From the NCBI GenBank assembly GCA_963422755.1, contig OY730488.1: a stretch of DNA of 64,000 bases. One strand, 5' to 3'. The DNA comes from Dehalococcoidia bacterium (GTDB taxonomy: Bacteria; Chloroflexota; Dehalococcoidia; Bin125). How positions within the stretch are numbered: position 1 is the first letter of the stretch; every line of letters begins with the position of its first letter. Shown here one piece after another: positions 57,711 through 64,000 of this stretch. The translations under genes were made by a program, and so were the position numbers. The notes under the pieces were generated by a model, which was not told the DNA's origin, searched no databases, and saw only the letters and a list, made by a program, of their open reading frames with translations.

Positions 57711-58601
57711 TCAGACGGCGAAGAACTTGCTGAGCGCGGCTTCGGTCTCGCCAGGCAGCTCCTCGGGCAGGAAATGGCCGCAGGGTAGGCCGACGCCCGT
57801 GACGTCCGTCGCCCAGCGACGCCAGGTCGCCAGGAAGCGCCCTCGCCGATTGGGTTGGCGACCAGCTCCCCAGATCACGAGCAGCGGACAAGCGATCTTC
57901 TTCCCCTCCGCGCGGTCGGCGCGGTCGAGGCGCAGATCATAACGCGCGCCCGAGCGATAATCCTCACACCAGCTGCGAACGGTCTCCTGGTCGTGCGCGG
58001 CGGCGAGATACTCCACCATAGCGGGCTCGGTGAAGACCGTATTATCGTCCTCGCCGGCCCAACTGCCGAGCATTCGTTTGAGGAAGAATTCAGGCGCTGC
58101 GTTGATCAGCGTCTCGGGCAACGGCGACGGCTGCGCTAGGAAGTACCAGTGGAAACCGCCCAACCCACCAGCGACACCCATCTGCTCGAACTGCTCGGCG
58201 GTCGGGATGATATCGAGCAGCGCCAGCCGCTCCACACGCTCGGGGTGGTCGAGCGCCAGTCGGTACGAGACGCGGCCACCGCGGTCGTGGCCGGCCAGCG
58301 AGAATGTCTCGAAACCGAGGTCAGCCATCAGCTCGACCATGTAGCGGGCCATACTCCGCTTGGAATAGGCGATGTCGCCGCCGTCACCCGGCGGCGAATC
58401 AGATGCGCCGTAGCCGAGTAGATCGGCCACTACCACTGTGTGCCGACGGGACAACCCTGTCGCGATCTTGTGCCACATGGCTCCGGTCTGTGGATAGCCG
58501 TGCAACAGCAAGAGCGGCGGTCCCGCACCGCCAACTCGTGCGAAAATCGGGCCGGTTCGATGCTCTCGGAAGCTAGGGAAGAGGGTGTCGGTATCGGGCA
58601 T
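57711..58601 (-). CDS. Alpha/beta hydrolase, haloacetate dehalogenase-like
   Basis: LLHGYPQT, YSKRSMA, GHDRGGRV (Asp nucleophile), FHWYFL, CEDYR, CGHFLPEE. Confidence 0.88.
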   Translation of the reverse strand: MPDTDTLFPSFREHRTGPIFARVGGAGPPLLLLHGYPQTGAMWHKIATGLSRRHTVVVADLLGYGASDSPPGDGGDIAYSKRSMARYMVELMADLGFETFSLAGHDRGGRVSYRLALDHPERVERLALLDIIPTAEQFEQMGVAGGLGGFHWYFLAQPSPLPETLINAAPEFFLKRMLGSWAGEDDNTVFTEPAMVEYLAAAHDQETVRSWCEDYRSGARYDLRLDRADRAEGKKIACPLLVIWGAGRQPNRRGRFLATWRRWATDVTGVGLPCGHFLPEELPGETEAALSKFFAV

Positions 58602-58609
58602 AACCGCTC

Positions 58610-59359
58610 CTACAGCGCGATGGTGCCGCTGATCGCGGACTGCTCAGGATCGCAGATGTAGCGGATGGCGGGCAGCGTGATGTTAGCTGTGGTGTAGCTC
58701 GCCACGATCGGATAGACCGGCCGCAGCTCCGGCGCATCCCAGAACCCGCTGTCGAAGGCATCGATCTGGGCGTTGCCGCGGTCAGCGCGGCTGACCTCGA
58801 ACTCAGGATCGACCTGCACCAACCACGGCTTCGTTTCCCCGTCGCGATCGAGATGGGCGACGTGCATCCCTGCGGTGTAGAGCAGATCGCCGTTGCCAAT
58901 CGGCGTCGGGTCGATGAGCTGTGCGGAGAGCACCGTGACATTGCCGTCGTTGACCTCGATCGACTGTCGGTCGTAGCGTTCCCGCAGGACGGGCTCGCCG
59001 ATCGTGATCGGGAAGCCCCAGCGCTCGCGCAGAGCATGCGACGCTTCACCCTGCGTGCAGACGGCGCGGGTCGGCAGCCCGCGCGGGCGCACCGCCGCTC
59101 GACAGCCGACGCGTACGATGGCGAGCGTGAACGCGCCTAGCGGGCCGTCGTCGGCGCGGATACCGATCACGTGCATAGTCGGCGGGATCGTTGGGTGCAG
59201 CGCCGGCGGGAGCAGCTCGGCCATCACCGCATCGTCGATCTCGTAGATGACCTGTAGCACCTTGACATTCGGCAAGGTCAGGGCATCGGTCTCCAGCGAG
59301 GCCATCGTCGGGGCGTACTGGGTCAACTGGGTAGGGTCGGCATTGCCATTGATCGGCAT
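58610..59359 (-). CDS. Acetoacetate decarboxylase-like family protein
   Basis: AELLPPALHP, RERWGFP, LRPVYP; follows the LLM gene. Confidence 0.7.
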   Translation of the reverse strand: MPINGNADPTQLTQYAPTMASLETDALTLPNVKVLQVIYEIDDAVMAELLPPALHPTIPPTMHVIGIRADDGPLGAFTLAIVRVGCRAAVRPRGLPTRAVCTQGEASHALRERWGFPITIGEPVLRERYDRQSIEVNDGNVTVLSAQLIDPTPIGNGDLLYTAGMHVAHLDRDGETKPWLVQVDPEFEVSRADRGNAQIDAFDSGFWDAPELRPVYPIVASYTTANITLPAIRYICDPEQSAISGTIAL

Positions 59360-59423
59360 CGGCGGCCTCTCTTGAAGGATCGTGGTCAGGCGCCTGGTTG
59401 AGCGCTTGGTTGAGCAGCGCCGC

Positions 59424-60560
59424 TTATGCGCCAGCGGCGCTAGCGGCGAGCTCACGTGGCGTAGAGGTTGTAGCGGGACGGTCATCCGCGAAGTGCGGCA
59501 TCACTTCCTCACCGAACAGGCGCAGACTCTCCAGCACTTCCTCCTGTGGGATCGTCTCGAGCGCATTGAGCAGGAAGTTGATCTGGTCTACGCCGCAGGA
59601 TTCCCACTTCTTGATCTCTTCAATCAGACGGTCGGGGTTACCAATGCAGACGCCCTCCGGCGCTGATGCACCATCGCCTGGGCTCTGCGCCGCTTGCTGA
59701 CGGCTCGCAGCAAGCAGTCCGGGGTTGGGATAACTGCGAGTCGGGTGCACCTCGCGCACGGGCAATAGCTGAGCGGCGAGGTAGCCGAAGGAACCGGTTA
59801 GACGACTGCCCGTCTTGATTCCGGTCTCGTTGTCGGGGTGGCAGTAGAGGAAGTTGACTGTCGCGACGCGCTCGTTGACGAAGGCGCCGACGGGTTCGCA
59901 ATCACGGATGATCTTGCGGTAGCGCCCGACCTTCTCCTCTTGTTCGGCGAAACCGCCGAAGGTGAGACCGAGCGATCCCATGCCACGTTCAGCCGCATCG
60001 ATCTCGGTACCCGGCGACGAAACGGCGACCCACATCGGCGGGTGCGGTTTCTGATACGGCTTGGGCAGCACCGCGCGGGTGGGCATGCGGAAGGCGCGGC
60101 CCTCGTAGCCGTAGCGCTCGTTGGTCCACATCTGTGGGATCGTGCGGGTGTACTCGTCCCACGTCTCTTTGGTTTCGTCGGGGTTGGCGTCCATCCCGCC
60201 GAGCTCGGTCCAGGTGGCCGATCTGCCGGTACCAAATTCCAGCCGCCCGTCAGAGAGGATGTCCAGCACCGCGGCGCGCTCAGCGGCGCGAACCGGGTGG
60301 TTGAACTGCGGTACGCAGACCACGATGCCGTGTCCGACGCGAATCTGCTTGGTCTGCATCGCGCAGGCGGTCAGGAACAGCTCAGGCGCTGAGCAGTGCG
60401 AGTACTCCTCGAGGAAGTGATGCTCGACCGCCCAGACAGAGTGAAAGCCGAGCTGATCGGCCAGCCGCACCTGCTCGAGGCAGCGGTGGTACACCGTGTG
60501 CTCGATCTCGTTCTCCCACGGTCGTGGAACGGAGATCTCGTAGAAAATGCCGAACTTCAT
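59424..60560 (-). CDS. LLM-class flavin-dependent oxidoreductase
   Basis: MKFGIFYE, WAVEHHF, HPVRAAER, LSDGRLEFGTGR, PKPYQKPHPP. Confidence 0.93.
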   Translation of the reverse strand: MKFGIFYEISVPRPWENEIEHTVYHRCLEQVRLADQLGFHSVWAVEHHFLEEYSHCSAPELFLTACAMQTKQIRVGHGIVVCVPQFNHPVRAAERAAVLDILSDGRLEFGTGRSATWTELGGMDANPDETKETWDEYTRTIPQMWTNERYGYEGRAFRMPTRAVLPKPYQKPHPPMWVAVSSPGTEIDAAERGMGSLGLTFGGFAEQEEKVGRYRKIIRDCEPVGAFVNERVATVNFLYCHPDNETGIKTGSRLTGSFGYLAAQLLPVREVHPTRSYPNPGLLAASRQQAAQSPGDGASAPEGVCIGNPDRLIEEIKKWESCGVDQINFLLNALETIPQEEVLESLRLFGEEVMPHFADDRPATTSTPRELAASAAGA

Positions 60561-60720
60561 GGTCGTTGTCCTTGCTGCGCTGGTCGCCCCCAAATGCTAG
60601 CGGACTGAACCATCCCCCTCCGACGCCGCGTGTCCGACAACGGCCAGCCGTCCCTCCGCCAACACCGCATCGCTGCGATCCGCTCATCGGGCGTGCAGCG
60701 GCATCGGCTATCTTCCGAGC

Positions 60721-61707
60721 ATGGCTCTGGACGAGTTGCTGATAACAATTGAAACGCTGCAGGGGCGCATCGCCGGGCATGGCGCTGCGCTGCGTCAAAA
60801 CGAAGCGCTCACACGCTACGCTCTCATCGATCCTCTACTGCGCGCTCTGGATTGGGACACGGGCGATCCGAGCCAGGTATTGGTGGAATTTCGATCGCCG
60901 GCAGGCTCCGCCGACTACGCCTTACTCAGCGCAACGGGACGACCCCAAATCATCGTCGAAGCCAAGAAACTCGGAAGCTCGCTCGAGAATGCTGTGTAGC
61001 AAGTCATCAACTACTGCATTCGCGACGGCTATGAACACTTCGCTGTCACGGATGGGCAAATTTGGCAGGTCTACAAGACCAATCGATCAGGACGACTTGA
61101 AGATAAGTTGGTCGTACAAATAGATCTGAACGATGATGCCGCCACGACTTGCCTTCGTGCCCTGGCGCTCTGGAAACCCGCCGTATCGGGCGGATCGATT
61201 GCGGTCAGCCCGACGCTCAGCGCCGCCCCACCGATCGACGAACCCGCCAAACCGACCGCGCCTTCCCCTACCCCAGACGCCCGCCTTGCCACGGGCGCTT
61301 GGCACCGGCTGACTGACTTCAATCCCAAAGCAGGCGCCAAACCGGCAGCAGTTCGCCTGCCTGACGGCAGCCAACAAACAGCCACCAGTTGGATCGATTT
61401 CAGTACAGCCATCGTGACCTGGCTCAAGTTAACTGGCCGCCTGACCGCTGACTCGCTCCCGATCAGGATTGGTAATTCCAAGATATACTTTGTCAACACA
61501 ACAAACGACAGAAGTGATGGTCAGCCATTCGTAACGCGCCGTCAAGTCGGAGACTGGTTCGTAAACGGGCACTATGGCGCAGAGCAACAAATGAAGAACG
61601 CGAGGGAGCTGATCAAGATCACCGGACTCGATCCGGCGGACTTCGCGGTGCAGCTCAATGAGTCATCGAGTAATCCAGCGGCGCGGCCCCGTCCTTACGA
61701 CCGCTGA
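60721..61707 (+). pseudogene. HsdR-N-like PD-(D/E)xK restriction nuclease gene with one in-frame TAG (60997-60999)
   Basis: NEALTRYALIDPLL..LDWD..E..ADYAL..IVEAK..AV*QVINY..AVTDGQIW; ORFs 60721 and 61108 share one frame with only this stop between them. Confidence 0.8.
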
Positions 61708-64000
61708 CCAAACTCGCGGCTCGTGTCGACGACGGCGATGGCGGCGATGCCTTCTGCTGCAGCCATCACCTTGACACCCTTGGTCGAGCGGCCGCACTGA
61801 CGCAGCTGCTTGACCTCGGTGCGCAGAATCTTGCCCTCCTGCGAGATCACGACGAGCTCCTCATCGCCCACCACGACCGCCATCCCCACGACCATGCCGG
61901 TCTCATCGGCCACCTTGTGACCGATCATCCCCTTGCCGCCTCTGCCCTTCGTGGCGTACTCCGATTCCGGCGTGCGCTTGCCAAAGCCGCTGGCGGTGAC
62001 GGTCAGGATTTCTGAGCCTGTCTCCACAGTATGCAATCCGATCAGCGACACACCTGCATCGACGTCGAGTCGGATGCCACGCACACCGCCACTGGTCCGC
62101 GAGGCCTCACGCAGCCCATCGACAGCGAACCGCGCCGTTTGTCCATCCGAAGCGGCCACAAGCACATCGTCACCGGCCTTGGCAAAGGCCGCCTCGACCA
62201 GTTCGTCGTCGTCGCGCAGGTTAAACGCCATCAAACCGTTGCGGCGCACGCGCTGGAAATCGGACAGCTTCGACTTCTTCACGTAGCCGTGCTGTGTGCC
62301 GAGAATGATGTAGTCGTTGTCGAACGACTCGACCGGGATGATCGTCGTCACGCGTTCGTCGAGCTGCAGATCAACGACGTTGCGCACAGGCAGGCCGCGC
62401 CATTCGCGCGAGCGCGCCCCAACTTCGTGCGCCTGCAGTCCGTAGACGCGTCCGCGCGAGGTGAACAACAACAAGTGGTCGTGCGTGTCGCAGGCGATCA
62501 GCCGGTGCGGCGCGTCAGCGGTGGCGGCGCCGTTCTTACGCTCGATACCCTTCACGCCCTTACCGCCGCGCCGCTGCGAGCGAAATGCGTCGACTGGCTG
62601 TCGCTTGATGTAGCCGTTGCGAGTCAGCGTCACGACCGACGACTGGTGCGGGACGAGATCAGCCTCGCTGAACTGGTCGACCGCCTTGGCGACAACGCGC
62701 GTCCTGCGTTCTTCACCGTAGGCCTCGACCAACTCATCCATGTCTTCTGCGATCAGCCCGTCGATCTTCTGTCCGTCAGCGAGCAGCCCTTCGAGGTACT
62801 CGATCTTCTCGGTCAGCTCCTGGTACTCCTCCTCGAGCTTGCTGCGCTCGAGCTGAGCCAGCCGGCGCAGCTGCATCTCGAGCACTGCTTGCGCCTGCCG
62901 CTGCGACAGCTCAAAGGGCGCCTCCTGGAGCGCGTCGCGCGCGGCCTCGGCCGACTCCGCCGCGCGGATCGCGGCAATAATTGCATCTATGCTCCCAATC
63001 GCCTTGAGCAGCCCCTCAACGATGTGGTGTCGGTCGCGCGCTTTCTCGAGATCAAACTCGGTACGGCGGGTGATGATCGTACGTCGGTGACGCACGAATT
63101 CGTACAACAGCTGGAAGAGAGTCAACACGCGCGGCCGCCCATTGACTAGGGCGACGAAGTTGCCGCTGTACTGCACCTGCAAGGAGGTCGACTTGTAGAG
63201 CTGCGCCAGAATCGTCTGCACGTGGCCGTCGCGGGTCAGCTCGACGACCAGGCGCATCCCGTGCCGGTCCGACTCGTCCCGTAGGTCGCGGATGCCCTCG
63301 ATCTTCTTATCCCGTACGAGCTTCGCGATCTGCTCGATGATCCGCACTTTATTGGTTTGGTACGGAATCTCGGTAAAGACGATCTGGACGCGGTTGCCTG
63401 TGGACGTCTCTTCCAGGTGCTGCTGCGCCCGGACCGTGAAACCGCCGCGGCCGGTACCGTATAGCCGCTTGAGATCCTCCCGATCCTCACCTGCAAAAAT
63501 CGTGCCTGCGGTGGGAAAGTCGGGGCCCTGCATATGTTCCATGATGTCGGCGAGGGTCGTGTCCTCACTACTGAGCATCGCCTTCACCGCTCCGGCAAGC
63601 TCGGTCAGGTTGTGCGGCGGGATGTCGCAGGCCATGGCCACAGCGATCCCGGCGGCGCCATTCAACAACAGGTTCGGCGCACGGCCAGGCAGGACCGTTG
63701 GCTCGTTGAGCGACTCATCAAAGTTGGGTGCGAAACTGACTGTGTTCTTGTCTAGATCGGTGAGCAACTCTTCGGCGATCCGCGAGAGCCGCGCTTCTGT
63801 ATAACGCATCGCCGCAGGTGGATCGTTATCGATCGATCCAAAGTTACCTTGCCCATCGATCAACGGGTGGCGCAGAGAGAAGTTTTGCGCCATCCGTACC
63901 ATCGCGTCGTAGACAGGCTGATCGGAGTGCGGATGATACTTGCCAAGTACTTCACCGACGATCCGGGCAGATTTTCGATGCGGCTGGTTGGCGCGCATGC
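61695..64000 (-). CDS. gyrA: DNA gyrase subunit A (5' end outside window)
   Basis: [29 protein letters not shown], GyrA-box QRRGGKG, C-terminal pinwheel repeats. Confidence 0.93.
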   Translation of the reverse strand, partial: MRANQPHRKSARIVGEVLGKYHPHSDQPVYDAMVRMAQNFSLRHPLIDGQGNFGSIDNDPPAAMRYTEARLSRIAEELLTDLDKNTVSFAPNFDESLNEPTVLPGRAPNLLLNGAAGIAVAMACDIPPHNLTELAGAVKAMLSSEDTTLADIMEHMQGPDFPTAGTIFAGEDREDLKRLYGTGRGGFTVRAQQHLEETSTGNRVQIVFTEIPYQTNKVRIIEQIAKLVRDKKIEGIRDLRDESDRHGMRLVVELTRDGHVQTILAQLYKSTSLQVQYSGNFVALVNGRPRVLTLFQLLYEFVRHRRTIITRRTEFDLEKARDRHHIVEGLLKAIGSIDAIIAAIRAAESAEAARDALQEAPFELSQRQAQAVLEMQLRRLAQLERSKLEEEYQELTEKIEYLEGLLADGQKIDGLIAEDMDELVEAYGEERRTRVVAKAVDQFSEADLVPHQSSVVTLTRNGYIKRQPVDAFRSQRRGGKGVKGIERKNGAATADAPHRLIACDTHDHLLLFTSRGRVYGLQAHEVGARSREWRGLPVRNVVDLQLDERVTTIIPVESFDNDYIILGTQHGYVKKSKLSDFQRVRRNGLMAFNLRDDDELVEAAFAKAGDDVLVAASDGQTARFAVDGLREASRTSGGVRGIRLDVDAGVSLIGLHTVETGSEILTVTASGFGKRTPESEYATKGRGGKGMIGHKVADETGMVVGMAVVVGDEELVVISQEGKILRTEVKQLRQCGRSTKGVKVMAAAEGIAAIAVVDTSREFGQRS

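Noticed and set aside
6650-63149. Long antisense or alternate-frame ORFs (e.g. 6650-7762, 7777-8706, 33917-34930, 52151-53560, 62031-63149)
   Set aside because: They overlap well-supported genes and are expected in high-GC DNA; no motifs.

Overview
High-GC bacterial chromosomal window. The gene content (Tat-lipoprotein family-5 solute-binding proteins, LLM oxidoreductase, phytanoyl-CoA dioxygenase, FN3-repeat proteins) suggests a Chloroflexota/Dehalococcoidia-like, possibly host-associated organism; this is inference only. Housekeeping and metabolic genes: tsaE, tsaB, ndk, rsfS, mnmA, two tRNA-Ser, scattered leuA/leuC/leuB/leuD, carboxylases, hydrolases and a partial gyrA. Accessory elements: (1) a peptide/nickel-type ABC locus whose DppB-like permease carries a multi-LysM insertion, with SBP paralogues sharing an identical 135-bp signal-peptide segment; (2) a DUF5131 + TcmP pair beside tRNA-Ser(CGA); (3) five secreted proteins built from about 26 FN3-like domains with Cys-pair loops and WSxWS motifs, three of them preceded by one conserved promoter/operator cassette, two carrying poly-G tracts, and interleaved with gene relics; (4) a NYN-domain gene after leuC; (5) a complete type II-C CRISPR-Cas9 locus (tracrRNA with promoter, cas9-cas1-cas2, 27 repeats/26 spacers) between leuD and leuB; (6) an HsdR-N-like nuclease gene broken by a single amber codon. 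The best candidates for an undescribed system are the co-regulated, domain-shuffled WSxWS/FN3 family and the LysM-permease ABC importer. All calls are by eye; no database searches were run.
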